In this document: positions 26,457 to 40,050 of the stretch, one piece after another
Position numbering within the stretch: the first letter of the stretch is position 1
Layout: each line of letters starts with the position of its first letter
DNA from: Callorhinchus milii
Taxonomy: Eukaryota
Assembly (NCBI RefSeq): GCF_018977255.1
Contig: NW_024704742.1
Coordinates: forward strand, 108,130,001 to 108,194,000
Length of the DNA stretch: 64,000 nt
Reading direction: 5' to 3'
Translations under genes and position numbers: made by a program
Notes under the pieces: generated by a model
The model's database searches: none
Seen by the model: the letters and a program-made list of their open reading frames with translations, nothing else
What the model was told of the DNA's origin: nothing

Positions 26457-26497
26457 AAAGCTTAATTTAAAGCAGGAGATGCTTTAAATTAAGCTTT
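26457..26497. repeat. Perfect 18-bp inverted repeat, 5-nt loop
   Basis: AAAGCTTAATTTAAAGCA-GGAGA-TGCTTTAAATTAAGCTTT. Confidence 0.95.
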
Positions 26498-29199
26498 GCG
26501 GCTTGTGCAATGTGGCTTGATTACAGCAGAGTGAGGTTGCAAGGAGAAAGAGCATGTGAAATGCTGTATTTTGTACCTGGGAAAGATATCTTCGGAAGGT
26601 TCAGAGGAGCACTGAACACAATAATCTAGTAATGATAAGACAGAAAAAAAACAAGAAAGCTTGTGACAGTGAGGAGGATAGAGACCAACATTGAGATGAA
26701 GATCACCTTTCAGATGACAAGTCTTCTCTTGTATCTTGTCCAGGAGTGTGACAGAAATGTCAGAATAGCTTTCCTAGATATGGGAGCTATTGCTTTCTGG
26801 TGTAAAATCAACGTTTATTGTCAAAATGTTCAACAAATCTGCCTAGCAAATAAACTTAAACTGTAGAAAGTCCCGAGGTTTGACTTTGAGCTTTTAATTG
26901 CTTATTTTTTGTGTATTACATAAACAAGGGAGCTGGTAATTTGGCTTTTAGAATTATGTTTATGATTCCCACCAGGAGAGTAATTATTCAGATTACTGGT
27001 TGTTATGATTACTGGTGGATGATACAAAGGGAAATGATATAGGGCCAGGGTACGATACGATCTATTCTACAATGTAGAGCTTAAAGTAACATTCATGCTG
27101 GCATTTATCATGGAACAATAGCTAACAATGGCAATCTTTCCATTACTTGTTTATAAGGGGAATTTCTATTATAATTATAGACTCTTTATCATTAGACTCT
27201 CGAGCAGGCTTCAAGGCTTTCTTCAGTTCCTTGTTACTCTTACAAATCTTCCTGCTCTAGGATAGAAATGCATAGTTACATGTCAGCAGAGTCCACTGTG
27301 ACAAAAAGAGTCAGTTGGAATATAACCGAAGGCCAAAACATTCCACATTACAAGAATATAGTGATGTCTATTAAACAATCCCCCAAGCACAATGCACTGC
27401 TTTGTGCAGTAATGGAAATGCATTTTCAGGAAACCAAATTTTAATACTTGAGGATGTTTAAAGTGAATGAGATCAGCATTTAAATCAAAATTGTATGATT
27501 CAGCTTATTCAAAATCCTATTGAGACTTTTGGAATAAAAGTACTGATTGTCTTGATTTGGACTTAAATCTATCATATGTCACATCCAGCATGACTTTTGG
27601 GATGATTTTGCAATTGGCAATGTGCTAATTAATACCATTTTCAATTCCTACATTGGCAAAATTCCTCTCTCATAAAGTCATTGACCGGTCCAAAGGTCAG
27701 GTTTCACTTCCCGCCAATCACAACGTCTGGACACCAAGCCTGCTTGCGGATCTACTGCATTGAAGTGCTGGTTAGTAGGGTACGGACTTAACAAAAAAAT
27801 CAGAGTCAAGCCAGCACTCTGACACAATTGGATATTAAATGGAGCAAGGTGGCAATTCCATGAGGGCAGTTTATGACCGAATCAATGTGGCAGTCGTGGG
27901 GTCTGGGGGGAGGGGTGGGTGGGCGGTGAATAGATCCACATGAACAGGCATCAAGTTACGATATGATCCAATCTCTTAAAAAACATGAGATGGTGTAATA
28001 TACTGTCCTATAATTATGCAATATTAATATCATAACATAGCTGTCAATCAACCTCTTTGATTCGCCTCCCATTTTCCTTTTTGTGTACAATAAAACCACA
28101 ATCAAAATATGTATCATATTGCCACAAGGCACCACCATATTATGACAATGAAATTATATGCTGTCCATTCCTTCTTAGGTAATGACCAGTTTGCACAAAA
28201 CGAAATTGCAATTTGTTGCTGTAATGAAGCCCTTGTCGGCATTTGGCAATTATTTCACTGCAGATTAGGGTTTGTGTGTTGTACTGCTCGCCTTTAAAGT
28301 TAGATTTCAGTTGATCATTAGCACAGAATTTTAAGGTTGCAGCTTTGAAGTTAAACCCCCAGATTATAGTTCTGATCAGATAACACCTGAGAAATCTTCA
28401 CTTCTTTTACTGTAGTTACTTAATTGGCTCACTGAGTACTGAGCAAACTGCTCGGCCTCCCTGTGCAATAAACTAGTAAAAATCCTCCAGGCTACATGTT
28501 AAAGCATAGATATCAACATATCTTTGTGTTTCAGCACCAATGATACCGATTGCTGTATATGAACCTGAGACACAACCAGTCTTGTCCAATTGAAAGCATT
28601 GGAATTATTGTATCAGATAAAACCATATCCCTCTTAATCCAGGATTTTAGATAAATTTTACCATTTTAGTTACTGGGGCAATGCTGCCTACAGATGTCAC
28701 TCATTCACCCCATAAGAATATATTATCTTTAACTTTTCAGAAAAGCTATTTGCAGGCTGACACTTAAAGAGAGGGAACATAGTTTAGAGAAGATTACTGT
28801 TTCTCAAAAGAAATTCCTTAAAAAATAACAACAGATTTGTTCCTGTATTAATCTCAAGTGTTGTGGCACGAAGGATAACCCGAGGGATTCTCAGATAATC
28901 TATTTCTTTAAATTGGAAAGTAATTTTCTCCATCCCAGCCACCCTCCCCGAGAGAAAAGGAAAATATATTACACAAAGCACAATGGTCAGCGTATAGCTC
29001 CATTGGAAAAATCCATAGCAATTCATAGGAATCTGATTGCTTTGATGGAAATAAGTGTGACTGCGCTTTAATTTACACTGAGAATATTTCAAAAAGATTC
29101 TGCCTTTATATTTTGCATATCTACCTACCTTACAATGTTCAATGTTTATATTTGTGAACAAATCTTGTATTTGTTAATGTTATTTAATAATAATATTTA

Positions 29200-29985
29200 C
29201 AAATTTTCCTCTCTCCTCTCATGGTTATTCTTGGGGTAAGTTTATACAGAGCCTGGCACTTTGCCTGAGTGTCCATTCTTCATGTTTGAGCCTGGGCATT
29301 ATTGGATATCAGCAAGTTATTCAGTAATGGAGAGGGAGGATAGAAATCATACCCAAGTCTGCCCTCATATCAGTTTATACACACTTTCCTTCAGTGGATC
29401 AGATATGGGAAGCTCAGTTACTTTATCCCTTCCCTAGCCCGGGGTAGTGAAGGCCAATTGTAATGCTCCAGCTGATACCATCTTGCTGCATCACATCAGT
29501 CACCATGCATGGTACCTTCAACAACAACATTTATATAGCATCTTTCACTTCGGGAGGACGTCCGAAGGTGCTGGACAGTTGAGGGTTTGCACCCGAGCTG
29601 GGAATTGGATTTGAGAGTGGTGGGGCCATGAGGGGCGGGAAGATGAACCTTGAAGGAGGCAAGGGATAAGGCCAGGCAAAGGGACTCAGGGATGGAGTTT
29701 CAGCCAGTGGAAACAGAAAGGCTGAAGGCCTGACTGTGGATGGTGGGGCAGACACAGCCTGCCGAGCTGAGGGAATGGGTGGGTTGGTAAAGCTTTAGAA
29801 GGTCACAGAGGAGGGTGCGACAAGACCGTGATGGAATTTAAAAGTGAGAATGAGGATTTTGAACTCGATCTACTGAGGGATAGGGAGCCAGAGAAGTTGA
29901 TGGGGGGATTGGCTCAAGACCCTGTACCTTCCTAATCTGTATGGCTCAGTAACCACACCAGCAGGATTTTTACTGATAAGAAACC
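29200..29985 (-). mobile_element. Ancient AmnSINE2-like SINE split by an L2 insertion
   Basis: Body at 29200-29500 (CCATTCTTCATGTTTGAGCCT, CCCTTCCCTAGCCCGGGG..GGCCAATTGTA) and head at 29910-29985 (ACCTTCCTAATCTGTATGGCTCAGTA) flank the L2. Confidence 0.55.
29518..29905 (-). mobile_element. L2 3' fragment
   Basis: CAACAACAACATTTATATAGCATCTTTCACTTCGGGAGGACGTCCGAAGGTGCT tail plus degenerate ORF2 end. Confidence 0.85.
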
Positions 29986-32883
29986 AATCTTGAAAACAAA
30001 TATAACTCATTCCAAAATTGAACTACAGTGTAGAACATCACCAGAAGCTCATTATTGTCCGAATAGGATGATAGTATATTTTCTCAAACACATTTATATT
30101 GTATGAGAAGTTACATTCATCTAAGAAATTATAAGCTGTCCAGGGGAATGAGTAACTTACAGAGCTCATCACGAAGAGCAGCCTTATAATATGCATGATA
30201 TGTTCATATTCTGGAAATGGCTTGTTTTAGATTACACAAATAATAATGTAATTATAACATCAATTGGAGTTTCACAAACAACAATATGCAGTGTGACTAA
30301 TGAAAAGTTTAGCAATTACAGTATAAATAGAATATAGTACATTCCTGATTGCACATTACCACACTGTAGTTCACTAACACGAATTAGTGTTGCCAGACTA
30401 TTCAATCATGGAGGTTGGGGGAGAAATCACAGCCAAGTCCAAACCTGACCTCATACAATGTTTGCATAAATACACTTTCTAGCAGGACTTTCCTGCTCAG
30501 CTCCTGTTAACCCTGCATGCCAAAGCCCTAACAGTTAGAATAGTCATGGCTGGACAAGCAGTGGGAAACTTGCCAGAGGGTGCTTTCAATGGCAAGCTAT
30601 ACTGTAGGGTTTATCTGTTTGAACTCCACCATTACCCCAACGAATATCACTCTTGACAACCTCTCTCTGGGTTTTGTAGGCAGGGTGGGAGAAAGTCCAC
30701 ATTCCATACATAAGTGGCTTACGTATATGGAACTTTCAGTCTGGTTTAGATATTCTTAAGCATGGTGCTAGGTTTCTGAATGTGTCAGATACCTATTTGA
30801 CAAAAAAAAACAGGCAGGGGAATAGGAATGGGAACCTTGTTTTGCTTTTTCTTCTCTCTAACTCAGGACAATTCTAGTGTTCCAACTGATTATCAATGTA
30901 TTCCATGACAGCAGCCATCACCAGCAAATAGATTATTGCAAAGACATGATAAAGTTAGCACTAAAACATGAGCCAAAGCCCCCACTCCCACTACAAGCTT
31001 AACCACTGCACCTAAATAGTCAAGTTACAATTTTATCTGATTCAATGGTAAAATCTTGATTATAATGAACAATTTTATTCTTGTATTTTTATGTTGGAAT
31101 GTAGATTTTAAATTTATTGAAGTGAATACACTTTCGCCATAGTCTGTTCTCTATTCAGCGTGTTAGAATGCCTATCGAACAGGTCATTAACTCTATGAAT
31201 AACGCTGTAAATACACTCTTCATAACAAAACATTGCAGAAGAGCTCTTCTTGCTTCCTGTTGTTTTCGGTTTCAGTTGTTTGGGGATTTTTACATTGCCC
31301 CTGACTTTAACCATTCCCAACCTCAAAGAATATTGCAGGAATTGCTGTTTTGAAACCAGTCACTAAAAGGTGACTAAGAGGGCCCTGGCCCCTGAGAGAA
31401 TGTTCCTGGACTTCATTCAATGTCTCAACCTCAGACAGCATCTTGGACAATAATAATAATACTTGCATTCGATATAATGCTTTATCACATCGTTGAGACA
31501 TCTCAAACGCTTCACAGAATATATTGCAAATTGGATTGATTGTATATTTTGTAAGTGTAAAACAAATACAAGGGGACAAGGACTCACATTCAGAAGAGAG
31601 AATGTCAATGCATTGTTTAGATTTGCTTACTTTACATAGAGGCGGGTGTTAAGTATGTAACAGATTAACTAGAGAGCTGGTACAGACAAAATATATCAAG
31701 AAACTCAAGAATTTCAGGATAAATAAATTCAGGCGATATAGTATAAGATACCTGTCCTTCCATCTGTGTGTCTATTTAGATCTAATGGTCTTGTGCAGAT
31801 CTGTTCCTTTTTTAATAGCTTCCTAGATCCCTTTGTTGTTATAATAATCTTTCTAACCAAGGTGAAACATGGAACCTGCTATGTGGGAAAATCACAAACA
31901 CAAACCCATATTTTCCCATCTTCTTGTATTCTGATCCACTACAACCACAAATGCCTTACCGCAGACTTAGAAAGTCTAGAATGCAGGTTGAGCTACTACC
32001 ATAACACATGGACGAGCCAGATTTAAACACACAGATGTACCCTTACTTACGTAATTAACCACCATCCAATTTTAAGGTAATTCTGCAGCACTCCAAAATG
32101 TTACCCCATGTGAAAAATACGTTAAAAGTGCAAGTTGTTGTTGATTCTGTAATATTTTTCATTATTAAAGGGCACCTTGGTTAGTCCATATACTAATTAT
32201 TAGCCCAATCCACAAACTAGACCCTAGTATGAAACCTTACAACATTATATTTCCATTAAGATTCATTTATTCTAGTAAAATGCAGATCTGACTATATAAA
32301 TGAATATTCTACATTACTGCTGATATTTTAATCCATGAATAAGTATATTGTAGCAGAAGAAACATTATGGTTTGACTGTGCAATAGGTACTTTGCAAAGT
32401 GCATATTTATTACATAACATGGCCTTATCACTAGAAATTATAATCACCTTCCTTTATTATATAAAGATATTGAATTATTCTGCCTGTGGCACATTCCATG
32501 AGGCCATAGGAATATACCATTGCAATCAGTCAAATAGAATCAACTCAAGTTGGATATAAATTCTCAGTTATTCACATTTGAAGAGCACATTTCACAAAAG
32601 TATAAAATCCTAGCTAGATTGGACTCTGCTACAATCAGTATCTTTGTATTCTGCATTAAACATTGTTTAAGTTCCAAAGAGATCATCTTTCAGACTCTTC
32701 TTTCTCTTTGTATCCTCCTTGTACCTCAGTATACCCTCCCTGTACTTTCACAGTATCCTGCCTGTACATACCCCAACCTACTCCCGAACCTACCCCAAGA
32801 AAGTAATGGGATTCCTTTGTGGCTCAGAGGCTATGTGTCTTATCCTCGTATTATTTGTGGCGCATCATCATATTGTGGGCAGG

Positions 32884-33405
32884 AACAACAACAAAAACAA
32901 CAAATTACATTTGTAAAGCGCCTTTCATATCAAGAAGACATCCCAAGTCGCGGGACAGTCAGGGATTTGAACCTGAGCAGGGGGTTGGGCTCAGGAGGAT
33001 GGAGGGCAGGGAGGGTAGGTGAAGGAGGGTTGTTGAATGCCCGATAAAAAAGGAGGGTCTTGAGAGAAGAGTTCGGAAGGCTGACAAGCAGGGAATAGGC
33101 AGAGTCAAGCCTAGATGTAATAAATGTGTGAATGAGGGCTTCAGAGGTGAGGCAGTGGTGCAGTCGGGCTATGTTGCAGAGGTGGGGAAGGCAGAGCGTG
33201 TAATGGCATAGATATGGGGTAGAAAGGACAGATGAGGGTCAAACAAGACACCAAGGTTTGGACTGGCTTAGTGAGGTGGAGTGCGCATCCATGGATGTTG
33301 ATGCTGCCAGTGCCTGAGGTGGGGAGGTGCTGACGGGAACTAGTCAGGAGGGCCTCGGTTTTGTTGACATTCAACTGGAAAAAGTTAGCTCTCATCCAAT
33401 ACAGA
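32884..33405 (-). mobile_element. L2 fragment with internal deletions
   Basis: Tail at 32884-32955. Minus ORF WMRANFFQLNVNKTEALL..GCALHLTKPV. Confidence 0.85.
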
Positions 33406-33529
33406 AGTGGTGAAGCACTGCCACATTGGTTAATTAAAATAAAGGGTTTGCACCATCCTTGACACAAATCCAATGCTTTACTGCTACCTTGACACAACAG
33501 TAACAGTCGGTAAAGCATTCTACTGTCAT

Positions 33530-33885
33530 ACAATTCTCTCCCCTCTCTCCTGAAGAAACTAGCTTACTTTGGAGAACACTCGCATAGGCACCAAATGCCT
33601 AGGTAACCATGTCCTATGGGGTGGGCCTAGACAGTGAGTGCCAGTTGGCTATTCAACCCTGTTTGGATTTGTTGAGCGGGATCAAAATATTGGCTGATCA
33701 CATCCTCTGAAGTGTGATACATGGCTGTGGTTATCCTCTCCCTCATCTGCGACACCGAAGCAGATTGCAATGGTCCCAACAGCATCCTAAGTGAGGGCAG
33801 CTAACTTCCTTAGGATGGTGGTGGGGTCATGTAGAACTGAACAAGTCAGTAGCACAACATAAGGTACCTTTACCCAATGAGCTAT
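33530..33885 (-). mobile_element. Ancient AmnSINE2-like SINE, highly degenerate
   Basis: CAATTCTCTCCCCTCTCTCCTGAAG end, GGCCTAGACAGTGAGTGCCAG..GGCTATTCAACC, and CAGCTAACT. Confidence 0.45.
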
Positions 33886-34159
33886 CTGCAACTCAGAGTG
33901 CTTATAAAGGAATCCCCATTACAAACTGCTATGTTTTATATTGATTGGTCTGTGATAGCTTTCTGAAGATTTGTTGATTAACAACCTGGATGGAGTGAAG
34001 GGGTCTTCCACAATGCAGTTCACATGCCATGGATCATAATCTTTCAGTCCTGATGGGCAATTAAATCGAACCTTAATTCCTATTTCAAAAGACCTTTTGA
34101 GAGGCTTGCAGTCAAGTTATGTCCGTACAATTATTAGTAATTATTATTATGAATAATAA

Positions 34160-35590
34160 ACCCTTTCAGTCGGGTTTCCGTGCTGCCCATAGCACAGAAA
34201 CTGCCCTGGTCAAGGTCACCAATGACATCCTGACCATCTGTGACCAGGGCTCCCTCTGCCTCCTCGTCCTCCTCGACCTATCGGCAGCATTCGATACGGT
34301 CGACCATGCTATCCTCCTCTACCGCTTGTCCTCCCACCTCAACCTTCAAGGCCCTGTCCTTGATTGGTTTAGGTCGTACCTCTCCCACTGTCTTCACTTT
34401 GTCTCCACAAATGGTTTTTCCTCCGGCCCCCGCACTGTCTCGTGCGGTGTCCCTCAAGGCTCTGTCCTCGGTCCCCTCCTCTTCACCCTCTACATGCTCC
34501 CCCTGGTGACATCATCCGCAGACATGGGGTTAACTTCCACATGTATGCGGATGACACCCAACTCTACCTTTCCTCCTCTGCCCTCAACTCCACGACCACC
34601 GATGTCCTGACAGCCTGCCTGTCCGACATCGAGTCCTGGACGAGAGATAACTTTCTCCAGCTCAACTTTCTCAGTGCGCAAAACTGAGGCCCTCCTGATT
34701 GGCTCGCGTCAGCGCCTCCGTACCTCAGGCGCTGACAACATCAGCATCCAAGGCTGCACTCTCCACCTCTCAAAGCCAGTCAGGAACCTCGGCGTTTTGT
34801 TCGACCCTGAGCTGTCCTTTCTCCCCCATATCCACGCCACAACTGGCACCGCCTTCCATCACCTCCGGAACATCGCCAGACTACGGCACTACCTCACCCC
34901 TCACGCTGCTGAAACTCTGGTCCACGCCTTTATCACCTCAAGGCTGGACTATGGGAACTCTCTCCTCGCCGGCCTTCCCGGCACCTCCCTCCACAAGCTG
35001 CAGGTCATTCAGAACTCTGCAGCTCGTGTACTGTCCCGCACCAGGCTTCGGGACCACATCACTCCCACCCTCGCTCGCCTCCACTGGCTCCCCATCCCCC
35101 AGAGGATTGATTTCAAGATCCTCATCCTCACCTACAAGGCCATTCACGGCCTCGCTCCCTCCTACCTCTCCGACCTACTATCCCCCTACCTACCCTCCGT
35201 TCCTCTGGCTCCGGTCTGCTCCACATCCCCCGCCCCAACCGCCCTACCATCGGTGGCCGGGCCTTCAGCCTCTCAGCCCCGAGGCTCTGGAACTCTATCC
35301 CCCAGTGCCTTCGCCGCCTCCTCCCTTTCCTCCTTCAAGGCCGGTCTCAAGACCTTTCTCTTTGACCGTGCCTTCAGCTCCCCTCTCGACTCTCTTCCCC
35401 CTCCTCGCTCCCTCTCTTCCCTCCCCTCACCCTGACCATTTACCCCCTCCTCGCTCCCTCCCTTCCCTCCCCTCACCCTGACCATTTCCCCCCTGCTCGG
35501 GTCCTGACCCAACTGTACAGTGCCTTGGGACGTCCTCCCGACGTGAAAGGCGCTCAATAAATGGAATCTTGTTGTTGTTGTCTTGTTGTT
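34160..35590 (+). mobile_element. Young 5'-truncated L2 LINE (~1.4 kb), ORF2 RT and C-terminus with frameshifts
   Basis: [84 protein letters not shown]. Frameshifts near 34500, 34670 and 35190. Stem-loop tail plus (GTT)n. Confidence 0.97.
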
Positions 35591-35656
35591 AATCAAGAAC
35601 ATTCCCCAATGGTACAAATTATGCCACTTTTTAAAAACTAATCCTTCTGTGGGTAG

Positions 35657-36148
35657 TTCAAGATCCTCATCCTCACCTACAAGGCCATTCACGGCCTTGC
35701 TCCCTCCTACCTCTCCAACCTACTATCCCCCTACCTACCTGCCTGTACCCTCCGTTCCTCTGGCTCCGGTCTGCTCCACGTCCCCCACCCCAACCGCCCT
35801 ACGATCGGTGGTCGGGCCTTCAGCCTCTCAGCCCCCAGGCTCTGGAACTCTATCCCCCAGTGCCTTCGCCTTGCTTCCTCCCTTTCCTCCTTCAAGGCTG
35901 GTCACAAGACCTTTCTCTTTGACCGTGCCTTCAGCTCCCCTCTCGACTCTCTTCCCCCTCCTCGCTCCCTCTCTTCCCTCCCCTCACCCTGACCATTTCC
36001 CCCCTCCTCGCTCCCTCCCTTCCCTCCCTTCACCCTGACCATTTCCCCCCTGCTCGGGTCATGACCCAACTGTGCAGCGCCTTGGGACGTCCTCCTGACG
36101 TGAAAGGCGCTTTATAAATGGAATCTTGTTGTTGTTGTTGTTGTTGTT
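35657..36148 (+). mobile_element. Second young 5'-truncated L2 of the same subfamily
   Basis: Near-identical to 35112-35580, with its own (GTT)n tail. TGGGTA occurs on both flanks (35650-35655, 36151-36156). Confidence 0.95.
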
Positions 36149-38879
36149 TATGGGTATCACCATCTTGTTTTCACATGGTTCATCCTTCATTGGATACATT
36201 TCTTCGAACGGGTGATTTATTGTCGGTAATAAATATCAATCACTATTTTATTTTCATAGTGTCATTGTTTCTACAAGTATTCAGAACCATTCATCTCAGC
36301 CGTCTGATCTCTGCTCAGTCTTGGGCTGCTGAGCACCTTGAAACGTCAGGAAGAAACAATGGCAAGAACCTCATCTTCAATCAATGTACCTCTAAGACCT
36401 GTGGCTGAAGGGTGGATAGTTTTTTTCTTCAACCAAGCACCTTGGTCTGAGGAATTTCAATGCTGCTGTTCCCACTGCGTCATTCCTCAGCCATTCTACA
36501 AACCCCAAAGAGATCGGAGAGAATCACTGTCATTTTTGCAACTGCAGTTGGACTTGTCATGGCAGGGTGCCCTCTCACTCACCAGCTGCAAATGTGACCA
36601 TGGCCCTATGTTTTAACAGATCATTGTGACTCTCTCCACCCTCCCAAACTCAAAGCCTGACCGCTCGATAAAATTCATCCTGACTGACACCAGCAGAACA
36701 TTTTAGCTGGTGTGAACAACTTGGCATTTTAACAAGCTAGGAGCCTCTAAGTCAATTAGTGTGTATCATTTCTTTGATATGATAAGCTTCTTAAGGCCTA
36801 AGTAGACTGATAAAATCCCATGCTAAATAAGATTGGTGAACAGTACTACAATGGACCTATAAATATCAAAAGGATTAACATTGTTTAAAGACTGAATATA
36901 ATCCAACACCCCGCTGCCTCAAAAAAAAGATTATTTCATATGCTCATTTAACATTTGGAGAAGGTCTTTCACTCATCTTTGTGGAGAGTGTGTACCTTTG
37001 AAATTTTGGTCAGAAGCACTCACTACTCTATGAATGCAATACTTGCAAACCTGTGCAAACAGGGTAGTAGCACATTAATTGCAGTTTTTGATTTGAAATT
37101 TATATAATAAAGGGCTTTTCAATCATGAATATAATAATAATAACGGATTCAGTATAGCGCCTGATCACATTGTCAAAATGTCTCAAAGTGCTTCACAGGA
37201 TTTTGTTGGAAATTTCTGTCCATTTCTCAGCTGGACAGTAAAGTGGGTATTCTCAAAGGATGATATCAGATGGGCTGAAGTTACTTCTTCATCCGAGCTA
37301 AATCTTCATCTTATGTACCGACATGAGTTAGTCACTACATTACACTAACATGATCTAGTCACTGTACTGGCATGAGATTAGATTTGACACGTTCCTCTAC
37401 TCTTGGATTACATAATCCTGCAACTAATAGATCTGAGTTGCAAAGTGTAAGGAGTGCCTATGTTGTGCTTTGAGATGTCTTGAAGATGTGATAACACACT
37501 ATATCAAATCAAGAATTATTATTAAATTATTATACGTTGGCACAACCCCTAAAGTAATTCTGCTCAAAATATTATATCAAATGATTTTCAAATTGTAGTC
37601 ACTTCTGAAAACATCTGGCAAGAGGAATGGAATGGGTGGATGTATGTGTAAGTTTCCCTATATTTATATTCTGTTTCTCTGGATACAAAGCCAGGACTTT
37701 GCATTCTTTATGCCCATGTCCCTGTGCTGCTACTTTTAGTCTTCCAGTTTGATACATCACTCCTAGGAGAGCAGATCTGCCTCAACCACTGTTTGCTCTC
37801 ACCTAGTACAGTATTACTAAGAACAGATAAGCTCCAGCTGTATTTATCCAGATACAGGATTATGTACCTTCTTTTACAGCAAACCTCGCAAAATACAACC
37901 AATATGTTAGGACCACCTAACATATTGGATAATGGCTTTTCATGGTTGTATATGGGATATTGCTATGTGCAATTGGGCTGCCACGTTTGCCTACAAATAC
38001 ACAATCACTCCACTTCACAGTAAATCCTGTAAAGTGCTTTGTGATAGTGAAAGGCACAATATCAAATGCAAGGATTATTATAAATATAGTGGAACATCAA
38101 AGAGAAAGCAAATTAGACATGTTGATTCCATTTGCTGGTAAGCCATTATGTTTTGGCTGTGATTATATAATTTAATAAAAACAATATGATTTATGTCAGC
38201 TTGCATCACCTGGTTTTGTCGGAACACCAAACCCAAGGCTGTTTTTTTACTTCACTAACCTGAGGTCAACTGGTCCCATTAGTTCACGCAAGACTGCTGG
38301 GGAAAAGGGTGGGGAATAAGAAATCAGGCTCCTCCTTAAGTTAAATATTAGGTTTGGCATTTGCGAACACAATAAAAACCAACAGCCTTAGAAAACAATG
38401 AACACCCAATCCTTTGTTCTGTGTGGGCAAAACTCATGAGATGATTTTTCACTTTACAGGATTTAATTCCCATCTAGCCAGAGGCTGATTAATGAATGTG
38501 GCTTCTCAAGGTTGCCATTCAGAATCAAAAGTGAAATGAGTTACATACCATCAGGGCCGGGGGGCCGGGGGTGGGTATTCGACCCTATTGACGACAAAAT
38601 AAATCTACAGCAAAAACTCCTTTATTCATTCAGACTGTCGAGCATCCAAAAGCAGTGATCTCTGCGAGATGTAATCCTTTCTTTGTTATTTTAAACAATA
38701 AACAATTGGTGCTGATGTCTCCATTATCCTTCTTCAAACTGTGGAGAGGCCAACAATATGATCTGGAGCAGTGAGTCTCAGTGAAGGATCTGAAGACCAG
38801 AACTGATACCTGATAATCTCATTGCCAGTTCATACCAGAGATCTCAACTAGATTGAGTGACCTTACCAACTCATTTACT

Positions 38880-39255
38880 AATGGTCCACATATGATAAGA
38901 AGAAACTGGATATGACCCTAATATTGAAACAATTGAGGAACACTGATCTAGAGGTCTTCAACCATCCCAAAAGGCATGGAGAGTATAAAGCCAGAATAGT
39001 ACTTTCAGATATGCCAAAGCAGGATGATAAATTGGTACACAAAGAATTTTAGGGCAGACAACCTTTGTGTAATGGGATATCAACACCCTGGATTGGATTA
39101 GAGCAGGAAGAGTGCTAGAAATCAGCCCAATGACCTTATTTACAAAACAGCTTAATGAGAAGACAATTGATCATGGTATTCTGAGTACCAGTTGGGTTGG
39201 TATTCTGAAAGGAATAGATAAAATGGGATGCCAATTTATCTGAATCTTTCTTATG
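38880..39255 (+). mobile_element. Very old CR1 3' remnant
   Basis: Degenerate GATCTAGAGGTCTTCAACCATC..AAAAGGCATGGAGAGTATAAA..TACTTTCAG, matching the CR1 ORF2 end pattern. Confidence 0.4.
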
Positions 39256-39769
39256 AAATAGAACTACTAGCTTTCTTCATATAATCCTCTTGTGGTTTTG
39301 TGATCAAGTCCATGATTCTCTTGTGGGAGCTCATCTGCAGAATAACTAGCAGCTATAGACAAGGTAGAACATCTGTGACTTAGATGGTTCCTGCTGTTGG
39401 TTTGAAGCTCTGGTGGTAAAGAAAGATAGCAAAATACGGGTTGAAAAAAGTTCAAAAGCACACAGTATTTTTAAAAAAAACTTTCGGAAAATATTGTGAA
39501 AATTTTTAAAAAAGTTGCTTAGGTCATAAATTCATGAAATGAGGAATCATGGTTCCATATTGTTCCATATTCAAAATAAAATTCCAATGAACCTCCTGGC
39601 TGATGATATGAGGGAAAGTTTGAAGATTGTGAAATTTGACCTAATATCAAATTAAGCATTTGCATTTTAATACTTGCCCTATTATGCTCCTCTCCCTCAT
39701 TCAGTCTTTAAGTCCTAGAGCAACCAAGCAGGGAGGACAGGTGAGAGAGTTTGAAGATGTTCAAAAACA

Positions 39770-40050
39770 CAATCAATTAGATAGGTTTTTAAGAGGCATA
39801 TTGTGGAGGGATTGGAGAGAAAGATCTAGAGAGCATCTGCATAGTAGCTGAAGGTTCAGCCATCAAAGGTACATGGAGGGAGTGAAGGACAAGCAATAGA
39901 CCAGACTTTGAACAGTGGAGGGCAAAGGCATTGGAGAAATTGTAAAGGTAGGGCAGATCAAGATTATAAAGGGATTTGAAGGTCAGAACTAGAATCTTGA
40001 AGTGATTGACTTACGTGCTAAGAGCCAGTTTTGCCTGGCAGGGATGAAGG
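39770..40050 (-). mobile_element. Old L2 3' fragment
   Basis: AGGTTTTTAAGAGG..GCTGAAGG..GGGATTTGAAGGTCAGAACTAGAATCTTGAA..GAGCCAGT (antisense FKILVLTFK, HWL). Confidence 0.6.
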
